The notes under the pieces are model-generated. The model did not search any database. It worked only from the letters and a program-made list of their open reading frames with translations, and was not told the DNA's origin. 64,000 bases of DNA, from the NCBI GenBank assembly GCA_018715045.1, contig DVMH01000022.1, forward strand, positions 10,291 to 74,290, read 5' to 3'. This document shows, piece after piece, positions 47,906 through 57,387 of the stretch (the stretch's first letter is position 1; each line of letters begins with the position of its first letter). The translations under genes and the position numbers were made by a program. This stretch comes from Candidatus Avidehalobacter gallistercoris (lineage in GTDB: Bacteria; Bacillota; Dehalobacteriia; UBA4068; UBA4997).

Positions 47906-48847
47906 ATGCTGACAATATATCGTACTCCGCTTATCGGTGAAAATCAGATAATGGGCGAGGTGCAGCAAATGCAGAAGGGCGACTGGATAAACCTCGTTAA
48001 CCCCACGCCGGAGGAGATCCGCCAGGTTAGCGAGCAGACGGGCATTGACGAGGATTTTATCCGCTATCCCCTGGATGATGAGGAGCTGGCCCGCGTGGAA
48101 AGCGACGACGGCCAGATACTTATTATTATCAATGTGCCAATAACTACCAACGCCGCTGTGATTTATGATACCGTGCCGCTTGGTATTGTGCTGAATGACG
48201 AGTATATTGTTACCGTAAGTCTGACGGATCTGGAGCTTTACCGCAACTTCGCGGGCGGGCGTATCAAATCTGCCGCCACATTCAAAAAAACGCGTCTGAT
48301 ATTACAGATATTACAGTTGCAGACCAATATCTATCTGCGCTCGCTGCGCGACATCAACCGCCGTTATGAGGCGTTGGAAGTAAGACTTCGCCAGACGATG
48401 AACAACGAAGATCTGAACGGGCTGCTGAATCTGCAAAAAAGCTTGGTATACTTCACCACGTCGTTGCGTGCGAATGACAAGGTGATGGAAAAGCTGTTTC
48501 GCACCCGTACTATCAGAATGTATGAGGAAGACCGCGATCTGCTGGACGACGTGATCATTGAGAACAAGCAGGCGGTGGAGATGGCCGACATTTACACCAC
48601 GATTTTGAAAAACTCGATGGACGCACTGGCTTCAATATCCAACAATAACCTGAGCAAGGTGATGAACTTTCTGACGGTTATAACTCTGATGGTGGCCGTG
48701 CCGACGTTTATTACCAGCTTTTTCGGCATGAACCTGCCGATGCCGTTAGCGGCAAGCCCGCTGATGACGCTGGCGGTGCTGATATTCTGCCTGTTGGCTG
48801 GGCTGCTTTGTTTCATGCTGCTGCGGCACATGAATGCTATGAAATAA
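47906..48847 (+). CDS. corA: Magnesium/cobalt transporter CorA
   Basis: C-terminal two TM helices with the GMN signature (FFGMNLPMP). GGAGG SD. Confidence 0.88.
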   Translation: MLTIYRTPLIGENQIMGEVQQMQKGDWINLVNPTPEEIRQVSEQTGIDEDFIRYPLDDEELARVESDDGQILIIINVPITTNAAVIYDTVPLGIVLNDEYIVTVSLTDLELYRNFAGGRIKSAATFKKTRLILQILQLQTNIYLRSLRDINRRYEALEVRLRQTMNNEDLNGLLNLQKSLVYFTTSLRANDKVMEKLFRTRTIRMYEEDRDLLDDVIIENKQAVEMADIYTTILKNSMDALASISNNNLSKVMNFLTVITLMVAVPTFITSFFGMNLPMPLAASPLMTLAVLIFCLLAGLLCFMLLRHMNAMK

Positions 48848-48906
48848 AAACAGGATGGTATGAAGGCGCGTTTCCCACAAGGACAACATTAGAATCGTTC
48901 AAAGCA

Positions 48907-48943
48907 GTAAAGGCTGCCACAGAATTTCTGTGGCAGCCTTTAC
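48907..48943. terminator. Bidirectional terminator hairpin (perfect 16-bp palindrome GTAAAGGCTGCCACAG-aattt-CTGTGGCAGCCTTTAC) between convergent corA and the MarR-GT8 gene
   Basis: Read directly from the sequence; flanked by A/T-rich runs. Confidence 0.55.
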
Positions 48944-49086
48944 TCAAAGTTCAATATACCGCTAAAGATCGTGTTGCAGGAGATTAAAGTAACGGCGATA
49001 GATAACATAGAGCGTACACCAAAACGGTATCTCTGCGTTACTGGCTCCAGCAAAAATATATTTCGCTGATGATGTTATAGCAAAGG

Positions 49087-50406
49087 TTATTTCTTGGTGT
49101 CGGATTTTAACGGCAGGCCATATTCGTGATAGAAAGTATCCAGGATTCCGATATAATGGGGCTCCCATGGCTTGTTCTTGCCAAAATAGTGAATGACCAC
49201 GCTGTTTTCACGCACCCACTTGAGATTCAGCGTGGGGTTGGCTGGGTTGGCGTTGTAGAAAGCCAGGATTCTGTCGTTTATGTTGTAGAGCAGGGTGTCA
49301 AGAATCTTTACTCTATCCCCGTAGAGCGCAGTCAGAATGTCCTGATCAGGGAGGACAAGCAAGCGTTGGTTCTCGAGTCCATACTTCCGTATCTGGTCCA
49401 GATCCAAATGCTGCCGGAGCTGCGGGAGATTCATCAGCATGACCCCGGTGTTGATATAGGGAACATCTTTTTCAATTTTCAGACGGAATTTATTAAACTT
49501 CTGCAAAAAATCACCGGTATGTGTGCAGGCTGCAAACCAGTTACCAGCAAAATCGGTATGGTAAAGCTGCGTCAGCGGGTTGATCACCACCGTATCCACG
49601 TCCAGATAAAGCACACGATCCAAATCGCCGGGGAGCAGCAGGGGCGCTGCCAGGCGGTAATAGATTTGTTTCGGATACCGTGCTGTTTCCGGAAAACCTG
49701 CGAATAGATTTTCCGGAACATGGATGAACTGGAATTGGAACGGAGTTCCGGCCGCTTGCTGAACCGATTCTTTCATTTCGTCCGTTAAGTCGGAATGCAG
49801 GACATAGACCTGATAACGTCCGCCTCCGCCCCGTATCTGGATGGAGTGGAGGCAGCTGAGCAATAGTGGTATATATTTGTGGTTGATGGCGAATAGGAGA
49901 TTCATAGGCTTTCCATCAGTACTTTTTGCTGGCAGCTCCAAGGATGTGTGAGAGCCGGAGTTTTCCCGGAACTCATCTTTCAGAAAGGTTATATACTGTC
50001 TGAGAATGCGCAGGAACGTGAGCCGGTCATCCGGGGGTATCTGCTGAAACGCCCGCTGTTCCGCTTCGGTCATTGGCAGGACGATACTCTTGCCATAGGC
50101 CTGTCCTGTTGCGGTCAGATGGATATTTTTGCGGTTTCTGGTACCGGGAACCACCTCCAGAAAAGCATATCCTTTCCGTACCATCTGCGCGACCAGTGTG
50201 TTGACTGTCTGCTTGGAGAGCGACCAGACCTTGCAGATTTCTTTCTGAGATTGTTCTCCCTCAAACATGATCAGAGAATACCAGATCCAAAACTCATTCT
50301 CTGAAACGCCACATCGATTAATTGCCTGACGGTAGATCTCAAAAAACTCATTGAATTGCTGATTCAGGCTTTCTAACTGCTTATTGGCCATGTTGTCCAT
50401 ATTCAC
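49087..50406 (-). CDS. Fusion protein: N-terminal MarR-type winged-helix domain plus C-terminal GT8-family glycosyltransferase domain
   Basis: Residues about 1-140 carry a MarR wHTH (EQSQKEICKVWSLSKQTVNTLVAQMVRKGYAFLEVVPGTRNRKNIHLTATG). Residues about 175-439 carry GT8 motifs: NLLFAINHKYIPLLLSCLHS, the DxD motif YLDVDTVV, and YINTGVMLMNL. Confidence 0.7.
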   Translation of the reverse strand: MNMDNMANKQLESLNQQFNEFFEIYRQAINRCGVSENEFWIWYSLIMFEGEQSQKEICKVWSLSKQTVNTLVAQMVRKGYAFLEVVPGTRNRKNIHLTATGQAYGKSIVLPMTEAEQRAFQQIPPDDRLTFLRILRQYITFLKDEFRENSGSHTSLELPAKSTDGKPMNLLFAINHKYIPLLLSCLHSIQIRGGGGRYQVYVLHSDLTDEMKESVQQAAGTPFQFQFIHVPENLFAGFPETARYPKQIYYRLAAPLLLPGDLDRVLYLDVDTVVINPLTQLYHTDFAGNWFAACTHTGDFLQKFNKFRLKIEKDVPYINTGVMLMNLPQLRQHLDLDQIRKYGLENQRLLVLPDQDILTALYGDRVKILDTLLYNINDRILAFYNANPANPTLNLKWVRENSVVIHYFGKNKPWEPHYIGILDTFYHEYGLPLKSDTKK

Positions 50407-50494
50407 TCCTCCTGCAAGTATTCCGTTCTGTATCTTTTATTTTAGTCCTGTTTCGTACTCTTGTCAATGAGATTACAGAAAAGAAAAGGCGGTT

Positions 50495-51439
50495 TCAGCC
50501 CAGCAGCATACGGTCGGCGTAGATTGCCGCGCCCAGGGATACTGCTGCCGGGTCGGTGATCAAATAGATGGGGATTTTGGCCAGCGCCGCCGCGAACGGA
50601 CCGGGGATAACAAAACTATCAATGATTGCTGCCTCGTCCAGCAGGGGGGCGAGCTTCTGGCAGACGCCGCCCGCCAGATACACGCCGCCGCTGCACAGCG
50701 TAACCAGCGCCAAATTGCCCAGCGCTGATCCCATACAGCCGCTGAATAGCCGAACAGTCTGCAAAGCCAGTGCGTCGCCCTCCGTTGCCAGGGCGTTAAT
50801 AGCGTCCGGGGGCAATGGTGGCGAGTCCGGGCTGAGCGCTGTATAGATGCGTGAAAGCCCAGCGCCGGAAAGCAGCGTTTCATTGGTGATATTGCTACCG
50901 ATACTGGCGCATAAAGCAGCTTGAGCGGCATTGGCCGGGGCAAAGCGGCAATGCCCTGCTTCGGTGGGTATGGCCTGCCCGCCGGGGAGAAGTGCCGCTG
51001 CCCCGAAGCCGGTGCCGCAGGCGGCGGCCAGCTTTACGGTGCGGGTTTGGCTGTGCTCCGCCTGTGGGTTTAGATTTTTCAGCGCTGTTCCCGGCAGCCA
51101 ATTTATTGCGTGCGCCAGCGCTGCCAGATCGTTCAGCACGGTGAGACGGCTGCCTGAGGGCAATGCCTGCCTCAGCCTGCTAACGTCCAGCGTGCAGGGG
51201 TTGTTGGTCAGGCGCAGCGTGCCGTCTGCTCTTTCTGCTCCGGCAAAGGCAACAGCAGTGGCCTCGAGGTCGCAGGTGTCAGTCAGAAATTGGTGCAGGC
51301 GGGTGATCAGCTTCTGTTCGCTGGCATAATCGGTGGGGAATGCGGCTGTTTTCTGTAATATCGGCGCGGCGCAGGTACACTGCCAAAGCGTGATTTGCGT
51401 CTTGCTGCCGCCGATATCCAGTGTTAAAATCTGGGTCAT
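50495..51439 (-). CDS. glk: Glucokinase (Glk family, E. coli-type)
   Basis: LTLDIGGSKT near the N-terminus; TEAGHCRFAPANAAQAAL...SNETLLSGAGLSRIY matches the Glk region TEGGHVDFAP...ERVLSGPGLVNLY. Confidence 0.75.
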   Translation of the reverse strand: MTQILTLDIGGSKTQITLWQCTCAAPILQKTAAFPTDYASEQKLITRLHQFLTDTCDLEATAVAFAGAERADGTLRLTNNPCTLDVSRLRQALPSGSRLTVLNDLAALAHAINWLPGTALKNLNPQAEHSQTRTVKLAAACGTGFGAAALLPGGQAIPTEAGHCRFAPANAAQAALCASIGSNITNETLLSGAGLSRIYTALSPDSPPLPPDAINALATEGDALALQTVRLFSGCMGSALGNLALVTLCSGGVYLAGGVCQKLAPLLDEAAIIDSFVIPGPFAAALAKIPIYLITDPAAVSLGAAIYADRMLLG

Positions 51440-51596
51440 TATAACCTCCTGGTTAAAAGAATGTAAAAAAACCGCGTTTGCGGTTGCTATTTTGCTGTGA
51501 TTTGTTTAGAATTATAATAGTAAGGTTTGAGTATGTTAGTTTGATAATAACAGTTTAGCATATATGCGGCGTTTTGTCTAATAAGGAGGGGATTTT

Positions 51597-53354
51597 ATGC
51601 TGAGCAGGGAGGCTGCCAAACGCTATCAGGAGTGGCTGGAAGCGCCGTTTCTTAAGGAGGCGGATCGGGCAGAACTGAAGAATTTGACCGATGAAAAAGA
51701 GATCACCGACCGTTTTTACTGTGATTTGGAATTCGGCACGGGAGGCATGCGGGGCGAGCTGGGTATCGGCACTAACCGCATGAATATTTATCTGATCCGG
51801 CGGCTGACTCAGGCGCTGGCGGATACCGTAATTGAGCATGGCGGAGCGGCGCGCGGCGTGGCAATATCCTATGATTCGCGGCGTTTTTCCCGTGAGTTTG
51901 CGTCTGCTGCGGCGGGTGTGCTGGCGGCCAATGGCGTAAAGGCGTATCTTTTCTCGGAGCTGGCTCCTACGCCGGTGCTTTCATTTGCGGTGCGGTATAC
52001 TCAGGCTATGGCTGGTATTATGGTGACAGCCAGCCACAATCCCAAGCAGTATAACGGTTATAAAGTCTACTGGGAGGACGGCGGCCAGCTGCCGCCGGAA
52101 CAGGCGGATAAGATAATAGCCAAAATGGCCGAGCGCAACTCCTGGGAAGTGGCGGAAATGCCGCTGGATGAGGCGAAAAAGCGCGATTTGCTGGAAATGT
52201 TGGGCGGAACGCTGCATGACGCATATACCGCCAAGGTGAAAGAGCAGCTTCTGAATGTGGAACTTTGCGCGGCTAAGGGCGGCGAACTCAACATAGTTTA
52301 TACGCCGCTTTCCGGTACGGGGCGCAGGCCGGTGGAGCGTATTTTGATGGAAATCGGCTTTAAAAATCTGTACACCGTGGCGGCACAGGCTGAACCGGAT
52401 GAGGAATTTGCCACTGTGACCGTGCCGAATCCGGAGGACGCGGGGGCATGGGCGCTTTCTGAACAGCTGGCGGCCGATATTGAGCAGAACACGGGGCAAC
52501 CTGTCGATTTGCTGTTGGCCACCGATCCGGACGCTGACCGCCTTGGCGTTTGCTGCCGGCAGCCGGAGGGCGGATATCTGCGGCTTTCCGGCAATCAGGT
52601 TGGCGTACTGCTGGCTTATTATATCATCAAGCGTGAGAGTGAACTGGGGATTTTGCCTGAAAATGCGCTGGTGTTGAAAAGCGTAGTTTCCACCGCGCTC
52701 GCTAACCGTGTGGTGCAGTCGCTGGGCGTTGCCATTAAGGATGTGCCTGTTGGCTTTAAGTATATAGGAGAACAGATCAAGCTGCTGGAAGATGACGGGC
52801 GCGAGCAGGATTTTCTGTTCGGCTTTGAGGAGAGTCTGGGTTATCTGAAAGGTACTTATGCCCGTGATAAAGATGCGGTGATAGCGGCGGCGCTGGTGGC
52901 CGAGGCGGCGCTTTATTACCGCGCTCAGGGGCAGACGCTGTTAGATGTGCTGCGCGGGCTGTATCAGGAGTTTGGCTATTATCTGGACGCGCAGGTGGCG
53001 CGCAGTTTCCCCGGTATTGACGGCCGGGAGCAAATGCGGGAAATCCTGCAACGGCTGACGGCGGACAGACGTGATACTCTGGGCGGGCTCAATGTGGCCT
53101 CCCGGGAATATTATGCGCGGGGTGAGCAGCTGATAAACGGCAAAGTGAAGCCGCTTGATTTTCCCCAGGTGGATATGTTAGGGCTGACTTTTGCGGCGGG
53201 AGGCGGTTTTATCAAGGTACGTTCCAGCGGCACTGAGCCGAAGCTCCGTTTCTATTTCTGTGTCAGCGGCGTGGACGAGGAGGCGGCATCCGCTAATTTG
53301 CAGGCTGTGCAGAAGGAATTTTTCCAGCCGGTCAGTGAGTTTATCAAACTTTAA
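51597..53354 (+). CDS. pgcA: Phosphoglucomutase / alpha-D-phosphohexomutase family
   Basis: Active-site serine loop (MVTASHNPKQYNGYKV), FGTGGMRG, and the sugar-binding region FGFEESLGY. 585 aa, as in B. subtilis PgcA. Confidence 0.9.
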   Translation: MLSREAAKRYQEWLEAPFLKEADRAELKNLTDEKEITDRFYCDLEFGTGGMRGELGIGTNRMNIYLIRRLTQALADTVIEHGGAARGVAISYDSRRFSREFASAAAGVLAANGVKAYLFSELAPTPVLSFAVRYTQAMAGIMVTASHNPKQYNGYKVYWEDGGQLPPEQADKIIAKMAERNSWEVAEMPLDEAKKRDLLEMLGGTLHDAYTAKVKEQLLNVELCAAKGGELNIVYTPLSGTGRRPVERILMEIGFKNLYTVAAQAEPDEEFATVTVPNPEDAGAWALSEQLAADIEQNTGQPVDLLLATDPDADRLGVCCRQPEGGYLRLSGNQVGVLLAYYIIKRESELGILPENALVLKSVVSTALANRVVQSLGVAIKDVPVGFKYIGEQIKLLEDDGREQDFLFGFEESLGYLKGTYARDKDAVIAAALVAEAALYYRAQGQTLLDVLRGLYQEFGYYLDAQVARSFPGIDGREQMREILQRLTADRRDTLGGLNVASREYYARGEQLINGKVKPLDFPQVDMLGLTFAAGGGFIKVRSSGTEPKLRFYFCVSGVDEEAASANLQAVQKEFFQPVSEFIKL

Positions 53355-53516
53355 TACAAACGCCCTGCCGCTTTTTGGCTGGGCGTTTTTTATGGGAGAA
53401 TGCGGTGGATTTTGGCGAGTATATTTTCCTCCTTTCATGGGGAGTATCATGGATAAGAGCGGGTCTGAATAGCCGTACATAAGGCCGGCCTGCCAAAATC
53501 TGTGGGAGTGAGCAAA

Positions 53517-53870
53517 ATGTCGCTGAAACGGGGAGATATATTTTTTGCTGAGCTGAATCCGGTGCAGGGCAGCGAACAGGGGGGCGTGCGCCCTGTTCTG
53601 GTGGTGCAGAACGACGTGGGCAACAATTTCAGCCCGACTACTATAATACTTCCTATAACTTCCAAACTGAGCAAGGCCAAGCTGCCCACACATGTGGAGA
53701 TTTCCCGCCGTGAATCAGGCCTGTCGCGTGATTCGGTAGTGCTGGCTGAGCAGATACGCACCATTGACAAGGTGCGCCTGCAGCAGAAAGTGGCTTGTTT
53801 GAACGAAATTACAATGTCACGCATTGATCATGCGATGGAGATAAGCATGGGTATTGTTCCCACAACTTAA
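53517..53870 (+). CDS. ndoA: MazF/EndoA-type endoribonuclease toxin
   Basis: Roughly 65% identical over its length to B. subtilis EndoA (KRGD.YFA.L.PV.GSEQGGVRPVLV.QND.GN.FSPT.I...IT....KAKLPTHVEI......RDSV.L.EQIRTIDK.RL). GGGAG SD precedes ATG 53517. Confidence 0.85.
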   Translation: MSLKRGDIFFAELNPVQGSEQGGVRPVLVVQNDVGNNFSPTTIILPITSKLSKAKLPTHVEISRRESGLSRDSVVLAEQIRTIDKVRLQQKVACLNEITMSRIDHAMEISMGIVPTT

Positions 53871-53924
53871 ATGGCGGAATATTGACTCCCAACGCGGCAT
53901 ATAATTGCCGGGGAGGGGTGGAAG

Positions 53925-54596
53925 ATGTGTTTTGTTGGCGTGACCTGCGGCCGGCAGTGTGAGGATTTTATGCTCTCTGCGGCATATTTGAAAGCATTAA
54001 ATGATGTGGGGCTGCACGGGGTGATTCTCCCGCCGCAAACGGGCGATTTTGTGCTGCCAGAGGGAATCTCCGGCATTGTACTTTCCGGCGGGGGCGATCC
54101 GCATCCGCTGCTTTGGAACGAGGAGCCGCATAGCGACCTTGGCGAGGTAGACGCGGTGCGTGATTTGTGGGAGATCGCTCTCTGCCGGGCGGCGCTGGCG
54201 GCAGATCTGCCGCTGCTGGGTATCTGCCGGGGTATGCAGGTGCTTAATGTGGCTCTTGCCGGTACGCTCTGGCAAAATTTGCAGGAGCGAGGCGGTAACG
54301 TCTCACACTGGCAGACGGCGGATATGGCCTGCGGTTGGCATAATGTTGTCTGCCGGGGTAAACTCTCGGAAATTTACGGTGAAGCGCCGGCTAAAATGCG
54401 TGTGAATAGCCATCATCATCAGGGTATCAGGCTGCTGGGCGAAGGGTTAAGAGCTTGCGCCTATGCTATGGACGGTCTTATCGAGGGGATAGAGCTGCCG
54501 GAGAGGCGTTTTGCTCTGGGTGTGCAATGGCACCCGGAGCGTCTGGCGGCAGGACGGAAGCTTTTGGCATCTTTTGCGGCGGCCTGCGCGCTATGA
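53925..54596 (+). CDS. Gamma-glutamyl-gamma-aminobutyrate hydrolase family protein (peptidase C26, class-I glutamine amidotransferase-like)
   Basis: Catalytic Cys in GICRGMQ, HHHQ, and His in VQWHPE. Confidence 0.8.
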   Translation: MCFVGVTCGRQCEDFMLSAAYLKALNDVGLHGVILPPQTGDFVLPEGISGIVLSGGGDPHPLLWNEEPHSDLGEVDAVRDLWEIALCRAALAADLPLLGICRGMQVLNVALAGTLWQNLQERGGNVSHWQTADMACGWHNVVCRGKLSEIYGEAPAKMRVNSHHHQGIRLLGEGLRACAYAMDGLIEGIELPERRFALGVQWHPERLAAGRKLLASFAAACAL

Positions 54597-54710
54597 TTTT
54601 GGGAAAATTGGCCAAAGGGGCTTGAGCTTTGCCCGTCAAAAGTAGTATACTTAATGCGTGTTCCGCAGCTTTGGGAACGCGCATTATTATTTGGAAATGG
54701 CAGTGTGAAT

Positions 54711-55196
54711 ATGCAGAAGATTTCGGCTTATACCCCGGAGGACACGTTTAATTTCGGCCGCCGTCTGGGCGAGCATGTTCCTGCGGGAGCGTTTATTGCT
54801 CTTTGGGGCGAGATGGGCGCAGGCAAAACTCTGTTCTCGCAGGGATTTGCGGCGGGGCTTGGCGTTTGCGAACCGGTAACCAGCCCCACCTTTACGATTG
54901 TTAATGAATATGGCGGCGGTCGGCTGCCGCTGGTACATATGGATTTGTTCCGCCTTGCCAGTCTTGATGAGGTGTGGGAACGTGGCGTTTGGGAATATTT
55001 TGATGGGCTCGCTGTGGTGCTGGTGGAATGGCCGGAGGTGCTGGCGGAGGAACTGCCGGAGGATAGGCTGGATATTCGCCTGATCCGACGCTTGGACGGA
55101 GCAGGAGAGGAATGGCGGGATATTGAAATTGCTGCGTATGGCGAGCAAATTTGGCTGGAGGAGGCGTTATCCGATGGCGAAAATTTTAGGAATTGA
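54711..55196 (+). CDS. tsaE: tRNA threonylcarbamoyladenosine biosynthesis ATPase TsaE
   Basis: Walker A (ALWGEMGAGKT) then SPTFTIVNEY. The track ORF begins 19 codons earlier; the MQKIS start gives the usual length of about 160 aa. Confidence 0.85.
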   Translation: MQKISAYTPEDTFNFGRRLGEHVPAGAFIALWGEMGAGKTLFSQGFAAGLGVCEPVTSPTFTIVNEYGGGRLPLVHMDLFRLASLDEVWERGVWEYFDGLAVVLVEWPEVLAEELPEDRLDIRLIRRLDGAGEEWRDIEIAAYGEQIWLEEALSDGENFRN

Positions 55197-55893
55197 CGCG
55201 GCCGGCAAGGGGCTTTCACTGGCGGTGGCCGAGGGGGATAAATTGCTGGCTTCGGCTTGTTTGAACGTGGGTTTGACCCATTCGCAGCGCCTGCTGCCGC
55301 AGCTTGCCGCCATGCTGGACGCAGCTGCTCTGACTATGCAGGATATTGATTTGATAGCGGTGACCAATGGCCCTGGCTCTTTTACCGGGCTGCGAATTGG
55401 TTTGGCAACGGCCAAAGGACTGGCTGAGGGGCGGGGTATCAAGCTGCTGCCTGTCTCCACGCTGGAGGCGGAGGCTTATGCCGTGCGCGGCATGGGCGCA
55501 TACATCTGCCCGGTGCTGGACGCGCGGCGTAATGAAGTCTATACTGCGCTTTATACGCCGGAGGGGGCGGAGATTTGGCTGCCTGCCGCGCTTTCGCCGC
55601 AGGCTCTGGCCGAAAAACTGCGAGAATTTTTGTCTGGCAATTCACCGCATCAGGTGATTTTTGTCGGTGATGCGGCGGACTTATATATTGCACAAATGCG
55701 GCAAGAACTGCCGGGGGCGGTTCTTATCGCACCGCCGGAACGGCGGCTGTTCGGAGCGCTGGGCTGTGCTTTTCTGGCTGGCAAAAGACAAGAGGATGCG
55801 CTGCCGCCGGAGCGGGCAGAAGCGTTTTATCTGCGGCTTTCCGAGGCGGAGCGCAACCGCAATGCAAAACTTGCGGCGGAGGCGGACAAATGA
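55174..55893 (+). CDS. tsaB: tRNA threonylcarbamoyladenosine biosynthesis protein TsaB
   Basis: ILGIDAA...LSLAV.....L and NGPGSFTGLRIGLATAKGLA match the YeaZ/TsaB family. GGAGGAGG SD precedes ATG 55174. Confidence 0.85.
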   Translation: MAKILGIDAAGKGLSLAVAEGDKLLASACLNVGLTHSQRLLPQLAAMLDAAALTMQDIDLIAVTNGPGSFTGLRIGLATAKGLAEGRGIKLLPVSTLEAEAYAVRGMGAYICPVLDARRNEVYTALYTPEGAEIWLPAALSPQALAEKLREFLSGNSPHQVIFVGDAADLYIAQMRQELPGAVLIAPPERRLFGALGCAFLAGKRQEDALPPERAEAFYLRLSEAERNRNAKLAAEADK

Positions 55894-56360
55894 GCCTTGA
55901 TGGTGAAATGCTGCTGGAATTGTGCGAGTCGAACGCGGCGCTTTATTTGCCCCAGCTGCTGGCGATTGAAAATGAGGCGTTTGCCGAACCATGGAGCGAG
56001 ACGGCTTACCGGGCAGAAATAGCGCGCCCCATCTCGCACGTTTTGCTGCTGGTGCGGGAGGAAACGCTGCTCGGTTACGCCGGGTTCTGGCAGGTGCTGG
56101 ATGCGGCGGAGATCAACAATGTAGCGGTGGCCAGGCCTTGGCGCGGCGAGGGCTTGGGCTATCAGCTGCTTTCCGGCCTTTTGGATATGGCGGCGATTTT
56201 GGGCTGCTGCCGGGTCAATCTGGAGGTGCGGGCGGGCAATGCCGCGGCACAGGCGCTTTACGCCAAATGTGGCTTTACGGTTAACGGACATCGCCCTGGC
56301 TATTATGAGGACAACCATGAGGATGCGTTGCTGATGGGTTGCGAACTTAAAAAATACTAA
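55890..56360 (+). CDS. rimI: Ribosomal-protein-alanine N-acetyltransferase (GNAT)
   Basis: GNAT acetyl-CoA motif (VAVARPWRGEGLGYQLL); conserved position between tsaB and tsaD. Confidence 0.85.
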   Translation: MSLDGEMLLELCESNAALYLPQLLAIENEAFAEPWSETAYRAEIARPISHVLLLVREETLLGYAGFWQVLDAAEINNVAVARPWRGEGLGYQLLSGLLDMAAILGCCRVNLEVRAGNAAAQALYAKCGFTVNGHRPGYYEDNHEDALLMGCELKKY

Positions 56361-56375
56361 CGGAGGGTGCGGCAT

Positions 56376-57380
56376 ATGGTGAAGATTCTGGCGATTGAAA
56401 GCAGTTGCGACGAAACGGCAGCTGCGGTGATAACGGACGGTTACCAGCTGCTTTCCAACGTGGAGGCGACGCAGATACCTGTCCATCAGCTTTATGGCGG
56501 CGTGGTGCCGGAAATTGCCAGCCGCGAACATCTTAATGCTGTGGTGCCGGTGGTGCGGCGTGCCCTGCTGGACGCGAATCTGGCGCTGGCCGACTTGGAC
56601 GCAGTGGCGGTGACGCAGGGCCCTGGGCTTATCGGCTCTTTGTTGGTTGGCGTCAGCTATGCCAAAGCTCTGGCGTTTGCCGCGGGGCTGCCGCTGATTG
56701 CGGTGCACCATCTGGAGGGGCATATAAACGCGCCTTTTCTGGAACACCCGGAGCTTGAATTTCCCTATCTGGCGCTGGTGGTCTCCGGCAGCCACAGCGG
56801 GGTTGCGCTGGCCGAAAAGCCGGGCTATTATAAGCTGCTGGGGCAGAGCCGCGATGACGCTGCAGGCGAGGCATTTGACAAAATCGCGCGGGCGCTGGGG
56901 CTTACGTATCCCGGTGGGCCTGCTATTCAGCAGGCGGCCTTGACGGGCGAGCCGGTTTATGATTTTCCCTCGGCGTGGCTGGAGGGAACGTATGATTTCA
57001 GTTTCAGCGGGCTAAAATCCGCCGTGCTGAATTTCCTGAACCAAAAGCAGATGAAAGGCGAAACATATCGCGTGGCGGACGTGGCGGCTTCAGCACAGGA
57101 GGCTATCGTGCGTGTACTGGCGGAAAAGGCCGTGCGGGCAGCTCGGGAATATGAACGTGATACGATAGTGCTGGCGGGCGGCGTGGCGGCCAACCAAGCG
57201 TTGCATGAACGTGTACAGAGCTTGGCGCCGGAAATGCGGGTAATTTATCCCTCGCCCAAATTCTGCACCGATAATGCGGCGATGATCGGGGCGGCGGCGC
57301 TGGGTAAATTTGCTCGGGGCGAGTTCGCTGATTTTTCGCTGAACGCGGAGGCTAATCTGCCGCTTTATTTTTATGCGTGA
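56376..57380 (+). CDS. tsaD: tRNA N6-adenosine threonylcarbamoyltransferase TsaD
   Basis: ILAIESSCDETAAAV...; metal-binding HH motif (AVHHLEGH); GGVAAN. Confidence 0.92.
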   Translation: MVKILAIESSCDETAAAVITDGYQLLSNVEATQIPVHQLYGGVVPEIASREHLNAVVPVVRRALLDANLALADLDAVAVTQGPGLIGSLLVGVSYAKALAFAAGLPLIAVHHLEGHINAPFLEHPELEFPYLALVVSGSHSGVALAEKPGYYKLLGQSRDDAAGEAFDKIARALGLTYPGGPAIQQAALTGEPVYDFPSAWLEGTYDFSFSGLKSAVLNFLNQKQMKGETYRVADVAASAQEAIVRVLAEKAVRAAREYERDTIVLAGGVAANQALHERVQSLAPEMRVIYPSPKFCTDNAAMIGAAALGKFARGEFADFSLNAEANLPLYFYA

Positions 57381-57387
57381 GGTGACT

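Noticed and set aside
53191-53472. 93-aa plus-strand ORF just upstream of mazF, the same length as NdoAI, considered as the missing antitoxin
   Set aside because: It lies mostly inside the pgm coding region in another frame, is Arg/Ser-rich with no similarity to MazE/NdoAI, and has no RBS.
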